Shown piece after piece: positions 29,375-53,518 of a stretch of DNA of 64,000 bases. Each line of letters begins with the position of its first letter. Positions within the stretch are counted from its first letter, which is position 1. A program made the translations under genes and the position numbers. The DNA is from the human T2T-CHM13v2.0 reference genome, Homo sapiens, in NCBI RefSeq assembly GCF_009914755.1, contig NC_060947.1; one strand, 5' to 3'. Below the pieces are notes generated by a model. The model was not told the origin of the DNA, made no database searches, and worked only from the letters and a program-made list of their open reading frames with translations.

Positions 29375-31390
29375 GCATCAGTAATAATTCCACCTCTATA
29401 ATTTCTAATTTTGCTTATTTGAATCATTTCTTTTTTCTTGGTTAATATAGCTAGTTGTGTGTCAAATTTTTTATGCTTTCAAAAAACCAACTTCTCATTT
29501 TATTGATCCTTTGTATCATTTTTTGGTCTTGATCATATTTAATTGTGTTCTGCTCATTGTTATTTCTTTTCTTCTGCTAGCTTTAGGTTTGATTAGTTCG
29601 TGTCTTTCTAGTTCTTTTAGTGTGACATTTAATTGGATGTCTTTCTATCTTTTTGATGTAAGCATTTAGCACTGTAAACTTTCCTCTTAACACTATTTTG
29701 GCTATGTCCCCGGAGCTTTTGGTGTATTGTGTCTCTATTTTCATTTGCATCAGTTTTTTTTATATCTTCCATAATTTCTTTGTTTACTTAAAATTTATTC
29801 AGGAGCAAGTTGTTTAGTTTCCATGTACTTGTGTGTTTTGAGAGATTTTCTTTGGGTAATGATTTCTAATTTTATTTCACTGTGCTTCAATATAATGGTT
29901 GATATTATGTTGATTGTTTTGAATTTACTGATATTTTCTTTATGACCATGATTCTGGTCAATTGTAGAGAATGTTCCATGTATAGATAAGAAAAATGTAT
30001 ATTCTGCATTTGTTGATTGACTGTTTTGTCAGTCTATTAGGTCTGTTTGTTCAAGGCTCCAATTTAAGTCCAGACTGTTTTTGGTAGGTTTTCTGCCTGG
30101 ATGATCTGTCTAGTCCTGTCAGTAGGGTGTTTTAGTTTTCCATTAACATTGTATGGCTTTGTAACTCTTTTCTTAGTTTTAGAAAAAAATATTTGTTTTA
30201 TTAATCTAGGTGCTCTAGTTTTGGATGTGTATATATTTAAAATAGTTAATTTTTGTTGGTATAATAAACACTTTATTATTATATAATTCCCCTCCCTTTT
30301 TAACCATTGTTCGCCTGAAGTCTGTTTTATCTTATACAAGAAGAAAAACACTTGCTTTTAAAAAAATTTTCTAATTGCATGACAGACCTTTCTCCACCTG
30401 TTTATTTGAGCTTGTGGTGGTCATTAAGTTTTGATGGGTCACAGGAAGGCAGTAGATGGTTGGGCCTTCTTTTTTATTCACATTGAAAATCTATATCTTT
30501 CAAGTGGAACATTTAGGCATGTAGGTTGAAGGTTAATATTGGTATGTGAATAAAAATTCCTGTCATAGTCTTGTTAGCTAATTGCTTTTGTAGTCTCAGT
30601 CTACAAAGCAATTACAAAGCAATTAGCTAACAACGCTATGTAGTTGCTTTACAGGATTTGTGAGCTTTCTACTTCCATGTGATTTTTGTAATAAAGTACA
30701 TCATCCTGTTCTTTTTACATTTAGAATTCCTTTGAGTATCTTTTTAGCCCAGATCTGGTGGTGAGGAATTATCTTAGTGTTTGCTTTTCTTAAAAAGACT
30801 ATATTTTTCCTTCATTTTTGAAGCTTAGTTTGGTGAGATACAAAATTCTTGGCTGGTATTTTTTTAAGAATGCTAAATATTGGCCACCAATCTAATATGG
30901 CATGTAATGTTTCTGCTGAGAGTTCCACTGTTAGTCTGATGGGATTTCCTTTACAGGTAATTTGGCCTTTTTTTCCACCTGTGCTGAAGTCTTATTTTTC
31001 TTAGTTGACATTTAATAATTTGATGACTATATGCCTTGGCAATGACCATTTTGTATAGTATCTTGCAGGTATTATCTAAATTTCTTGTATTTGTATGTCC
31101 TTACTTCTACCAAGATCAGATAAATTTTCCTGAATTAATATGTTTTCTGAATTGCTTACTTTTTCTTCTCTCTCAGGAATGCCTATCAGTTGTAGGTTTG
31201 GTCACATAATCTCATATGTCCTTAAGTCTTTGTGGTTTTTTAAAATTATTTTTTCACTATTTTTGTGTGACTGGATTAATTCAAAACATCAGTGGTGAGC
31301 TCTACATTTTTTTCTTCTGCTTGGTCTAGTCTATTGTTAAAACTTCAAAATATACTTTGACATTTCTTCAGTAAATTTTTCCATCCCTGA

Positions 31391-32202
<812 letters not shown>

Positions 32203-34065
32203 CTATTAGGTTTTTATTTTAATATAGCTGTCTCTTCTTTAATACCTTGAATTGTTTTTTTGTTTGCTTATTTGTTTTGTTGGTTTTCAACATTATCTTG
32301 GATCTAATGCAGTTGCCTTGCAATTCATATTTTGAATTCTTTATCTGTCATTTAGGCTTTTCATTTTTTATAGAATTTATTCTTAAGGAGCTAGTGTGAT
32401 CATAGGTGTCAAAACACTCTCTTTTGTACTGCAAAATCCTTTTACTGATTTCTTCTCATATGAAGGAGCTGTGCTTCTTATTTTTGAATTTTCTATCATT
32501 TAGATGCATCTTCATTTTTATTCTTTTTTTTCTTGAGGGTATGAATGTGGTGTATGTTGTGTATGATCATTTGACTTTATTTCGGGGTGCCTTCAGTTGG
32601 TCAAGGTTTTGTGTGGGTTCCTTGATTGTGAATAGCTTCTGTGCAGTGGCTGTTTCAGATGATGTTTGTTGTAGTGATGCATTGCATGTATGATCCAACA
32701 CACTGTCTCCTGCGGGGCTGAGAGTGTGGAGGCCTCAGGGAGCTTTTCTCATGCACTAGCAGGATGCTCATCTAGCAGCAGGTTTTGTATTTGGTGGTGC
32801 AGTTTAGGTTCCAGTCCAGTAGGTGGCACTTAAATGTAAGAGCCACCTCACATTCAGGTAGGCAGATGAAGAGAGGAAGCACCTGTTGTTCTGGAGTGGT
32901 GGTGAGGGATTTTCTGATGGGGTTAATTGAGGCCTTAAAAACATAACTGGGGAGCTGCACCAGCTTCTTGCCCAGGGCACTCAGAAATAAAATTCACTTT
33001 CCTATCATACCCCCGTTACAGGACTCAGGAACTTCAGTTCATAGACTGTCCATTGTCTCCCAGCCACAGTGGGTTTTGGATTATGGATACAGCCCTCTGT
33101 TGGCTACCACTAAAATGAGCTTGGGACAAAGCCTCTTCCTCCAGGCAGACCAGACGATTCTGCAGCTTGTCTGGTCTCTATTGCTGGGACACTGCTGCAC
33201 TATGTAGGGAGCACAGTTGAGTCCTGCCCTGTGTGCAAGCCCAAATGGTGTGTGCTCACATCCAATGAGGCTGAAGTCACTGTGAAAAGCAGGAAAAGTG
33301 TTTTCTTTGAGTGTGCATGTGATAGCCTCAGTAAATGAACTTCTACTTTATCTTCAACAGGAGACAGTGGGAGCAGGAGGTGACTCCCTTTCTATGTCTG
33401 TTCCCAGCTTCCAGTGCCATCCCCTTCCACTATTGACACCACACCCTCATTTCCATTGTCCCAAGTTGGGGGTTGGCAGAATTTGCTTACTCCCTCAGAG
33501 TCCACACAGAAGGTTATATTTCCAGGGTTTCTGCAGCTACCCAGGGACCCACTCTTTTCCTGTGCTTGCCAAGAATGGATTGGCCTGGAGGTATGTTTGA
33601 AAGGGGTCTGGTGGTGAGATAACTCAGGGCCACAGATTCCCTGGGCAGGGCATTTACCCGCTAAGGGGGCAGAATGAGTATGACACCTACCATCTAAGTT
33701 TAAGCCTAAGGAGAATGTGGTCATGTTTGTGCAAGCTGTCCACCCAGTTCTCTGTTCCTGGGAAGTTCCCAAACTGCCACTGACAGCATTGCTCAAAGTT
33801 GTGAGGGCAAAGGGTTTCCTCAGCAATTTTGCAGTATTCAGATTGTTTCAGGGCATAGGGGAGGAGAGAAGCACCCCTATCTAACCCCTCCACAGGGTTC
33901 CAAGTTCCTCTGGAGTCTATCTGTCTACTCTCCTTTTCTGAACCCCAGCTTCTTCCTGTGGCCTCTCCAAAAGATCTCGTCTGTCTTCTTTCAATTTTCC
34001 ATTAATAACGTATCCACTCACCAGTAGATTTGATCTTCCTTCAGAGGAGAAATGGCATCTGCCAT

Positions 34066-37000
34066 AGTAAAAAAATTGCTGTGATTTTAATTTGCACTTA
34101 TGGGATAATTAGTAATTTTGAAAATTTTGTCTTGTTTTTGGCCTCTTGTCTGCCTTTAAAAATGTTTGTTTATGTTCTTTGCCCAATTTTAATGGAGCTA
34201 TTTATTTTTATTTAGTTGAGTTCCTTGTGATTCTGGATATTAGCCCTTTGTCAAATGCATAATTTCCAAATATTTTCTCCCATTCTGTAGAATGCTTGTT
34301 AACTCTGCTAATTACATATTTTACTACACAAAATCTTGTTAGCTTAGTTAAGTCATATTGGTCTTTTTTGTTTTTGTTGTGTTTGCTTCCAAGGTCTTAG
34401 GCATAAATTATTTTAATAGTTCAATGTCCAGAGGAGTTTCTCCTAGATTTGCTTATTTTTCAGTTTTTCTTTTTTTAATTTATAATTTGTATAGCTTTAG
34501 ATATTACAGTTAAGTATTTCGCTCATCTTGAGTTACTCTTGTATATGTTAAGACATATGGTTCCAGTTTTATTCTTCAGCATATGTCTATAAAATTTCCC
34601 ACCATTATTTAGTGAAAAAAGGTGTCCTCTGTGACACCTGTATACCTGTGTAACAAACCTGCATGTTCTGCACATGTACCCCAGAACTTAAAGTATAATA
34701 ATAAATTTTTTTTGAGACACAGAATCAACCTAGGTGCCCATCAAAGGTGAATTTGATAAAGAAAATATAGTACAAATACAGTATGGAATACTATACGGCC
34801 ATAAAAAGAACAAAATCATTTCCTTTGCAGCAACATGGATGCTGTTGGAAGTCATTATCCTAAAGGAATTAATGCAATATCAGAAAATCAGATACAGCAT
34901 GTTCTCAATTATAAGTGAGAGCTAAACAATAGGTACTTATGGACATAAAGATGGCAACAATTGATACTGGGACTACTGGAGCGGGGAGGGAGGAAAGGAG
35001 GAAAGGGTTGAAAGATAAAGTATTGGGTACTATGCACACCTGGGTGACGGGATCAGTTGTACTCCAAACCTTATCATCACACAATATACCCAGGTAAAAA
35101 TGTGTACATGTATCCCCTGAATCTAAAATAATGTTGAAAAACTACCAAAGCAAAAATTAAATATAAATAAATAAATTTAAATTTATTTTTTTAAAAAAGC
35201 GTCCTTTGCCAAGTTTATATTTTCACTGGCTTTGTCAAAAAAATCAGTTCAGTGTACATATGTGGCTTTATTTCTGGCTTTTCTATTCTGTTTCATTTAT
35301 CTGTGTGTTTATTTTTATATCAGACCCATGCTGTTTTGTTTACTATAGCCTTGTAGCATAATGTAAAGTCAGGTAAAGTGATGCCTCCAGTTTTGCTCTT
35401 TTTGCTTAGGAGTGTTTTGTCTATTTAGGCTATTTTCTGGGTTTCTCTAATTCCATGAAAAATGATGTTGGTAGTTTGATAGAAATTACATTGAATTTGT
35501 AGATAACTTGGGGCAATGTGGTTATTTAAATGATCGTGATTTTTTTCAATCTATGGACATTGGACTTTTTTATTTGTTTGTTTCATCTATAATTTCTTTC
35601 ATTGGTATTTTGCAGTTTTCTTGTGCAAACCTTTCTCCTCCTTGGTTAAATGTCTCTTAGTATTTTAATTTTTAGCTATTGTAAATGAAATTGAGTCTTT
35701 TATTTCATTCTTAGCTTGATTGTCATTGGTGTATATAAATGCTACTGATTTTTGCATATTGATTTGTATCTTAAACTTTATGGAAATAATTTATCAAACC
35801 TAGAAGTCTTTTGGATTTCCTAGAATTTTCTAAGTGTAAGATCATATTGTCAGTGAAAAGTGATAATTTGACTTCCTCTATTCCAATTTGCATGCCTTTC
35901 ATTTCTGTCTCTTCCCTGATTGCTGTGGGAAGGACTTCCCGTACTATGTTTAACAGGAGTGGTGAAAGTACGCATTCTTGTTTTGTTTGAGTTCTTCTGG
36001 GAAGTACTTTCAACTTTTTCCCATTCAATATGATATCTGCTGTGAGTTTTCTTATTTGGCTTTTATTATTTTGAGGTATGTTTCTTCAATGTTTAGTTTG
36101 TTGGTAATTTGCAGTATGAATGGATGCTGTATTTTATCATTTTTTTCTACCCCTATTGAGATGATCATATTTTTTTTGTTTCTAATTCTGTTTATGTGGT
36201 GAGTCACATTTATTAATTTGCATATTTTAAAGCATTCTTTAATTCCTAAAATAAAACCCACTTGGTCATGGTGTATTACATTTTTGACATACTGTTGTAT
36301 TCCATTTGCTAGCATTTTGTTGAGAATTTTTGCTTGTATCTTCATGAGAGATATTCTCCCCTAGTCTTCATTTGTTGTTATGTCATTGCCTGCCTTTGGA
36401 ATTCCAGGTGTCACTGGCTTTAAAGAATGAGTTAGGGAGAATTAATTTTGGGCAGGACAAATTTAGTAGGATTGGTACCAGTTATTTGTACAACTCATAG
36501 AATTTAGCCGTTAATCCATCTGGTCCTAGGCTTTTAAAATTACCAATTCAATCCTGCTGCTCAATATTGGGATGGTCTGGATTTTTGTTTCTTTCAGGTT
36601 CACTTATAGAAGGTTGTCAGTTTCCAATAATTTATTTATTTCCTCTTGGTTTTCTAGTTTGTATGCATAGATGTTTTTATAATATTCTCTGATAATGTAT
36701 TGTATTTATGTGGTATCAGCTGTAACGTCACCTTTATTATTTATAATTGTGTTTTCTGAATCTTCTCTCTTTTTTGCTTAATCTACCTGGTCATTTATCA
36801 GTTTTGTTTATCTTTTCAGAAAAACAACTTTTTATTACAGTGATCCTTTCTATCATTATTTTTTTGGTCTCATTCTCATTTAGTTATCCTATAATCTTTT
36901 CCTTTAATTATTTCTGCTGGATTTTTATTTGGTTTTCTCTTGTTTGCATTTGATTTTCTCTTCTTTACCTAGTTACTTAACATGTAATGTTATATTGTTA

Positions 37001-40000
37001 ATTTGTGGTCTTTCTATGTTTCAGATGTAGGCATTTAACACTATGAAATTTCCTCTTAGTGCTTATTTTGCTGCATCCCTGAGGTTTTGTTATGTTGTTT
37101 CAGTTTCATTTCTTTAAAAAAAAATTAAACGTATATCTTTATTTTATTATTAAACCAAAGATTATTTAGAAGCAGATTGTTTAATTTCCACATATTTGTA
37201 TCTTTTGGGAGCTCCTCTTAGTATATATTTGTAACTTTATTCCACTATGGTCCAACAAGATACTTGATATAATTTCAATTTTTTTTTTAATTTATTGAAT
37301 CTTGCTTTGTCACCTATTATGTGGTTTATTTGGAGGAAAGTTCCAAGAGCAATGAGAAGAATGTGTATTCTTCAGTTTTTGAGTAGAATGTTCTGTAATT
37401 GTCTGTTATGTACATTTGTTGTAGACTCCAATGTAAGTCCTGAGTTTCCTCGTTTTTTTTTTTTTTGTTTTTGTTTTTTTTTTTTGGTGTGATCTTTCAA
37501 GGGCTCTGAGTTGAGTGTTGAAGTTCCACACTATTATGACATTGCTGTCTACTTTTTTCTTAGGTCTAGTAGTATTTCTTCTATGAATCTGTGTGTTCTG
37601 GTGTTGGGTGCACATATATTTAGGTTTGTTATATTTTTGTGGTAAAGTGAACCTTTATCATTATATAATTACCTTCTTTGTCTTTTTAAACTGCTTTTGA
37701 ATTATAGTTTGTTTTATCTAATGTAAGTATAGCTACTCATGCTTGTTTTTGTTCTGTTTGCATGGAATATCTTTTTCTACCCTTTGTAAATGTCTTTAAC
37801 AGTGCAATTTGACTTTTGTAAGCAGCATGTGGTTGAATCTTGTTATTCATTTATCCATTCCAACCACCTATATCTTTTAAGTGGAGTATTTTGTCAATTT
37901 ATTTTAATGGCTAACAATAATATGTGAGGTTTAATTCCTGTTATGATGTTGTTAGTTGCTTTGTAGTGTCACTTGTGTAATTGCTTTATAGAACCTGTGA
38001 ATTTTTTTACTTTTGAGTGTTTTATGGTACCTTGTATCACTATTTTATTTTCATGTTTAGATCCTTTGACAATTTTTGTAGCTCTGGTTCAGTGGTGACT
38101 AATTTCCTTAGTGTTTGCCTTGGAAATAATTTATTTACTTTTTTTGTTTATGAAGCTTAGTTTTGCAGAATAGAATATTTTTGGCTGACAGTTTCTTTCT
38201 TTAAGAAGACTAAAAATAGGATCCCAATCTTTTCTGGCTTGTAAGATTTCTACCAAGAAATCCACTGTCAGCTTGATGGGATTTCCTTTATAGATAACTA
38301 GGTCTTGTTCTCTTACTTTTTACCTTTACGTTGACTTTGAATAGTCTAATGAGTTGGTGTCGTCTTGGTAAAGTTTATCTTGCAACAAATGTTCGGGGAT
38401 TCCTGAGCTTCTTATATCTGGCTGTCTAAACCTCTAGGAAGACCAAAGAAATTATTCTAAAATATTCCCTCAGGTAGATTTTTCAAGACTATTTTAAATC
38501 TTTTTACTCTTCTCCCTCAGGAATACCTATTACTCATAGGTTTGGATAATTTGCATAATCCTACATTTCTCAAAGGTGGTTCACTTTTTTATTCTATTTT
38601 CTTTATTTTTGTCTGACTGTATTAATTCTAAAAACCTATCATCATGATCTGAAATGACTTTTTTCTGTTTTATCTAATTTATTGTTAAAGCTCCCAGCTG
38701 TGTTTTATAATGTCTTTAATAAAATTTTCATTTCCAGAAGTTCTGTATGTTTTTTCTTAAATGCCTATCTCGTTCATAATTTTTATTTATATTCTGATTT
38801 GTTTTTCTGATTCAACTTTCTTTTGAATCTCATTGAGCTTTCTTTAAATCCCTATTTTGAATTCTTTGTCTTTCATTTCATAATTATCATTTTGGTTAAA
38901 ATATCCATTGCAAGAAAGCCAGTGTGATCCTTTTGGTGTTTCATAAAACAATGTTTTTTTTTTTAATACTGTCATAGTTCTTATGCTTTTTCTTTCTCTT
39001 CTGGAGAAGCTGTCACTTCTTATTTTTTAATTTTCTTTCATTTTAATAGGGCATTTGTTTTCTCTTTTTGAGAGTGTTACTGCTGTGTATGTTTGGTAGG
39101 GTTCTTTGCCTTTGATGCTTTTAGGGAGCCAAAGCTCTGTATAAATTCATTGCTTATAGATAGCCTTGGTGTGGTAGTTTTCTCAAATTCTAGTTGTTTT
39201 TGTCCATGGTGAAGGCTGTGCACTGAGGGTGTCAGCAGGCTCACTGCAGCTTGCTGAGATGGGGTGGTGGAGGTTTGAAGCTTGTTTTCTAGTGCTGTGC
39301 CTTTCTGTCAGCATGAATTGTATTTGGTTGTACAGTTCAACCTTTGGGCCAGTAAGTGACACTGGCGGGTAAGGTCCAGGCAAGCACTGTGCAATTTATC
39401 AGCAAATGTTTTAAAGGAATGTGGAGGTTGACCTCCCAAAAAGTAGATTGTGTTTGCAAGAGACAGACAACTGTGGTGTTGGCAGCAGGATTTATGTGTG
39501 TCCTTTGTTAATCAGGAGAAGTACTTAGAAGTCCTACATAATGGGCAGAGACATGGAACTCTCAGGAGACCCTGTCCTGTGTTCTACCACTTTGGCAGGT
39601 GGGTAGTACAAAGTTGAGGTGAGCTGGGTTCATGACCATGTTCCTCAATCATGGTCACGGATGCTGACCCCAGTGGAGGAAGGGGGATGTTTACAGACTA
39701 CAGGGACAACTTTTTGGGAAGGGTAGAGGCACTTCTACTGCACCAAAGAGCCCACATTGGGGGAAAAGGGAAGACTGAAATTAATAGCCCAGGAGATGGT
39801 AGTGGGATCCACCTAGCTCACATGACCCTGAGTTAGCAGGTCTCCCTTTGGCATCTGGCCACTGTAGGCAGGCAAAAATGGCTAGCCTTGTCCCAGAAAG
39901 TCTATGTTCAGATTGGAAAGACACACCAGGGTGTGAGACTCCTGGCTTGGAACAGAAACCATGACTCCTTTGCCATACCCTTCTTGGTCCAGTCCCATAG

Positions 40001-40938
40001 AGCAAAGTGTGACTAGCTTTCATGATGTGGCATAAACCTACATCACATTCCTCTCAGTTATGACTGTGAGTGCTCTTCCCCTACTCAAGAGCAGACAGAA
40101 AACCTCATCCCCATACCCCTGCATAGCATGCTTGAGTCCTGGGGGAATGGGACTATGTCAGCAGACTTGTCCTCAGTTCCCCTGGATTCAAGCATTGATG
40201 TAATAGTTAGGGGTCAGAAAGTCCCAAGCCACTGGTTGTAATAATCATGCAGGGCAATGATGGTTACACTGTGGGCCTGCCACCAGGAAGGGCTGGTCTC
40301 TCTCAGCAGGAACACCCAGGCGGGCAGCTTCGAGGGAAGTCAACAGGCATGGTGTGCATGGTCCAAACTCATCTCTTTCCCACAGCAGCCTCCAGCAGTG
40401 GTGGTAAAACCTGCTTTTGAAGTGTGTGAGAGCACAAAGCCTCCCTTCTCCCTCTGCAGTCTGGCAGCTATCAGTGTCAGCAGCAGCCTCAGAAGAGGAC
40501 ACAGAGACTTGGGGAATGGGCTCCAATGGTGAGATTATTCTGCACTTGCCTAGTCTTGAAGGCCTGTAAAACTTCACGTGACTTCAAGCAATGCCTCTCT
40601 ATGATCTACAGGCAGCTTCCTATGGTGATATGGAGGCTTGTGGTGGACAAGGAGCTCCTGTATAGCTATGATTATAGAGATCCATCATAAGAATATGGAA
40701 CTCGAGGGGTCTCTCACTTATTCCTTGCTTGGGTTCAGGGTCTGGGGGACTTCTGTGACCCTGGCCAAGCAGGCAGTCTCACTTCCTCTTCCTTCATCTT
40801 CAGCATCTGCCATTGCCTCTCTGTTGAATTGTGGTATTATATTCTCAGATGATCTATTCAGAGTATGAATATTTACTTAATTTTTCGGTTCCCTTCCATG
40901 AAAGAGGTGAAATGCAGCTGCATTTAGTCAGCCATCTT
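34066..40938 (-). mobile_element. Old L1 (L1PA15-16/L1PB-like), 3'-truncated, with 5'UTR
   Basis: Minus ORF2 peptides (35771-36028, 36052-36345); 5' end 'ttagtcagccatctt' (revcomp aagatggctgactaa). Confidence 0.85.
34630..35192 (+). mobile_element. Composite insertion: ~75-bp L1PA 3' terminus followed by an older L1 3' end
   Basis: '...ccagaacttaaagtataataataaa' followed by a second L1 3'UTR; imperfect TSD aaaaaaggtgtcct/aaaaaagcgtcct. Confidence 0.75.
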
Positions 40939-41343
40939 AAGGCTTGCCCATTCAATTATTTAAAAATATTGACAATGAGTTAGTATTAGACATCTGTGAC
41001 ATATGTATTTAATTGCATTTAGATTGCAATTCTATATGACATTATTCTATCAGAAGCATTATTCTATCACAAGCAAAGGATCATGATGGATCCTTGTGAT
41101 ATTTATTGAAGTATCACTAGAAAAACTTTCACTTTTGGAATTTCAGTCAAAATGTCAAACTGGTTTACTTTCAGTTACCATGTTGTTACTATGGTTCTTC
41201 AGTTGTAGTTGTAACAAATTATGTTCTTGTTATTTAGAAGAATAAAAAACTTGATGTTTTAGAACACAAAAGATAATGTACAGATTTAAGGTTGATGGTG
41301 TGCAATAAAACCCATGTGGTGCTGAATTTTCATTGAAAGTATT

Positions 41344-41897
41344 ATAAGGAACAAGAAATAGCTTCTCCTTTGCCTTCTGAAGTTTCCCGAAAAAATGAAA
41401 TGACAAAAGGCAGATTGATAGGAAAAATGGCATCGAAATTTATTAGTGTGCATGAGAGAGAATAAGAGTGATTACCCAAAGTTTCAATGAAAATCCAGTA
41501 CTACATGGCCTTATTTAAAGAAGGGAGGGTGATATAGGGAATATAGGTGATTCTGTTTGGGGGACTACATGATTACTAAGAAGAATGAATGGTTTGAGAC
41601 ACAGAGATTGACTTGTTAATGGTTCTTTTTGGAAATTGAATGACCCTCAGAGACAAACATTGTTTTGTCAGGGTCTGTTCAGGTGTTGTTACATTCTTGT
41701 TCTTCCTGTCTGTGATACATAATGTGAAGACAATGAGGGGAAGAAGAAAATTGTTCTATTTTGTGAGTCCATACAGTGTTGGTGTAGATGAAGGAAAAGT
41801 CTCTTGCAGCATATGTTGATTTCTAGGGAGCTTTAATTCAAAATACTCACTATACCAGGTAACCATATTTTGGGATGAGGATTTCTGCATTCTTTTA
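41344..41897 (-). mobile_element. ERV1 (MER4-group) LTR, family uncertain
   Basis: 'tgacaaaaggcagattgatagg...aaatttatt' and 'catattttggg' motifs typical of antisense MER4-group LTRs; adjoins an ERV internal region. Confidence 0.6.
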
Positions 41898-41946
41898 TTT
41901 CCTGTGTCTATAACTTTCATAAAAATTTTATACATTAAAAGCTAAG

Positions 41947-42262
<316 letters not shown>

Positions 42263-43180
42263 CTAAGTCAGTGACTGTGGATGGATTTTAGTTATAGATT
42301 GATAAGAGATAGGCAAAGGAAAGAAAAAACAAATTTTGTTAATCAGAAACACGTTGAAATGTAACATTTCATGTTTTCTTGAATCAATCTTTTAGTCCTG
42401 AGAACAGATTAGTTCAGTTAAATTGGTATGTCCCATAATAACAGGTGACAGTGCAGATGTGCTAAACCTCTACATATATTGCAGGCAAATAGATATTTAA
42501 TAAGAGGCATTTCAATGGAAACAGAAGGTAAACTAAGATTAGTGTCTGGAGTATTGTGTACTAGTCTTCCTAGAGTTTCCAGAGCATCTTCATATTGCAG
42601 TGACAGTCTGACAGCTTTTCCTGGATTATGGTTCAAATCATATGCTCAGTGAATTTTATGAATAGTCCATACACCAACAGACATGAAGGCTGTTTATACA
42701 TAAATTAGTGTGGTGATTTCTCCTGAAGTTTACATCAAGTAGTCTAACTTATAAGTGCAGTACTTGAAGAAAGGCAGTTTTAATTACTAGTAATTCCTAG
42801 TGAGAAAAATGAAAGAAAAATTCAAAATTTTTAGTTTGCAGGTTGTAGCTAGGAAAAAATTCAAAATCCATTCAAAACTATAGACAAATCAAAAAAACTC
42901 AAAAACAATGGTCAGGGCTAGCATTTAACAACAACTATACTATAATTTTTTTCTGAAACATAATTTTTCTTTCTCAGTTCTCTGTTCTACCAAAGAAAAA
43001 TTACATTCAAACCAATTTATTTGCAAAATATGGTTTAATATTATTGTAGGGTTCCTTATTATTTTTACAAAGTTCAGCAACAATAGTGGTTAGGGGGTTA
43101 GCTACATAGACCTATAGACTCTTTCAAAGTTGGCTTTGCTGAAGCTTTTTAATAAAGAATCTCAGATTAGAATTTTAAAA

Positions 43181-45736
<2,556 letters not shown>

Positions 45737-45741
45737 TTGAG

Positions 45742-46545
45742 AAAAAAATGCTCATCATCACTGGCCATCAGCGAAATGGAAATCAAAACCACAATGAGAT
45801 ACCATCTCACACCAGTTAGAATGGTGATCATTAAAAAGTCAGGAAACAACAGGTGCTGGAGAGGATGTGGAGAAATAGGAACACTTTTACATTGTTGGTG
45901 GGACTGTAAATTACTTCAACCATTGTGGAAGACAGTGTGGTGATTCCTCAGGGATCTAGAGCTAGAAATACCATTTGACAAAGCCATCCCATTACTGGGT
46001 ATATACCCAAAGGATTATAAATCATGCTGCTATAAAGACACATGCACATGTATGTTTATTGCAGCACTATTCACAATAGCAAAGACCTGGAACCAACCCA
46101 AATGTCCAACAATGATAGACTGGATTAAGAAAATGTGGCACATATACACCATGGAATACTATGCAGCCATAATAAATGATGAGTTCATGTCCTTTGTAGG
46201 GGCATGGTTGAAGCTGGAAACCATCATTCTCAGCAAACTATAGCAAGGACAAAAAACCAAACAACGCATGTTCTCATTCATAGATGGGAATTGAACAATG
46301 AGAACACTTGGACACAGGAAGGGGGACATCACACACCGGGGCCTGTTGTGGGGTGGCGGGAGGTGGGAAGGATAGTTTTAGGAGATATACGTAATGTAAA
46401 TGATGAGTTAATAGGTGCAGCACACCAACATGGCACATGTATACATATGTAACAAACCTGCACATTGTGCACATGTACCCTAGAACTTAAAGTATAATAA
46501 TAAAAAAAAAAAAGAAAAAAAACTCAAAAAAAAAAGAAAAAAATA
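45742..46545 (+). mobile_element. Second L1 3' end (L1PA5-like) directly after the first tail
   Basis: Repeats the last ~760 bp of L1 with different diagnostics ('taatgtaaatgatgag', 'ccctagaact'); long A tail. Confidence 0.92.
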
Positions 46546-47029
46546 TAAAACCTCTCAAAGCCAGGAAGCCAACTCAAGGATTCATCACGAGACTGGGCTT
46601 TTAATGTCTATATGAATTGGGTGAATTCTTCTTCTGTCAAGTTCTCAAAATATCTTGAGGTTCCTAGGCCTGTCGGAAAGTTACATTTTACAACAATATT
46701 AAGAACCTTGTGATGGAACACTGTAGACAAGTTACTGGACCAGACTTTGCAAGGGGCATATTATCAGCTCTGTAAAGTCAACCTCAACTACTCAAAGCAG
46801 TCTTTTCATATCTGAAAATATCACATTCCTGTAAAACTTTCATTAAAATAACCCGTTTCTCTAATTGTATCTTATTACAGAAAAAACAACAGATTCATAT
46901 TGAACTTATGTAAATAACCATGTTGCCATAAAATAAAAATAATCATAATTAGTTTTCAAATTCTGGATAAACCAGGTAGAGGAAATTTAACACGTTTCAG
47001 TTTTGCTCACTAAAGTATACATTAAAAAA

Positions 47030-47183
47030 AAATTAGACTCGAGGTACATGTGCAGTTTGTTACATAGGTAAATCACATGTCATGTAACTTTGGTGTACAG
47101 ATAATTTTATCACCCAGATAATAAGCACAGTACCCAATCAGTAGCTTTTTGATCCTCACCCTCCTTCCACCCTCCACCCTCAA
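47030..47183 (-). mobile_element. Short old L1PA 3' terminal fragment
   Basis: 'ggtacatgtgcagtttgttacataggtaaa...ccaccctccaccctcaa'. Confidence 0.75.
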
Positions 47184-47737
47184 TTCCTTGAAGTTATATA
47201 TAGCTCAAATTAAAAAAAAATTGTTGACTCTGGAAGATAAAACAGAAAAAGAATCAGCAATATTTTAAATTAAAAGTCATAAAAATTGTTTTAGTTTCAT
47301 ACCAATTCATTCCTATGTAATTAATTCTTGTTCTGCTTGATGTTGGGCTGGCAATCTTCATAAACCTTTCAGCAGTTTTATTAGAATACTTAAAGTTTTT
47401 AACCAATCTAATGTCATAATCACCAAAAGTATTTGAAATCTGTACGCAGGAATAATTTCAGAGTCTTTCCCATAAATTTTCTGAAGAAGAAGCACATTTT
47501 GGACTGTACGTGATTATAAACTACTTTTTGAAAAGAATTTTTAAAAACTGTGTATGACAAAAGACTTAGAATAATGATAATAAAAGATGCAATTGACCAC
47601 AATTTCGGTTATATTTGTGGCATATAACAATCTAGTATTATAATTATGACTGATAACATATACCAAGACATACAAAAATTTTAGGAATTTCATGTGTATT
47701 AGTCCATTTTCATGCTGCTGATAAAGACATACCTGAG

Positions 47738-53518
<5,781 letters not shown>

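Noticed and set aside
40940-41340. Unassigned AT-rich interval as a conserved element
   Set aside because: No recognisable motif or ORF; it may be an old decayed repeat. Cannot be supported without conservation data.
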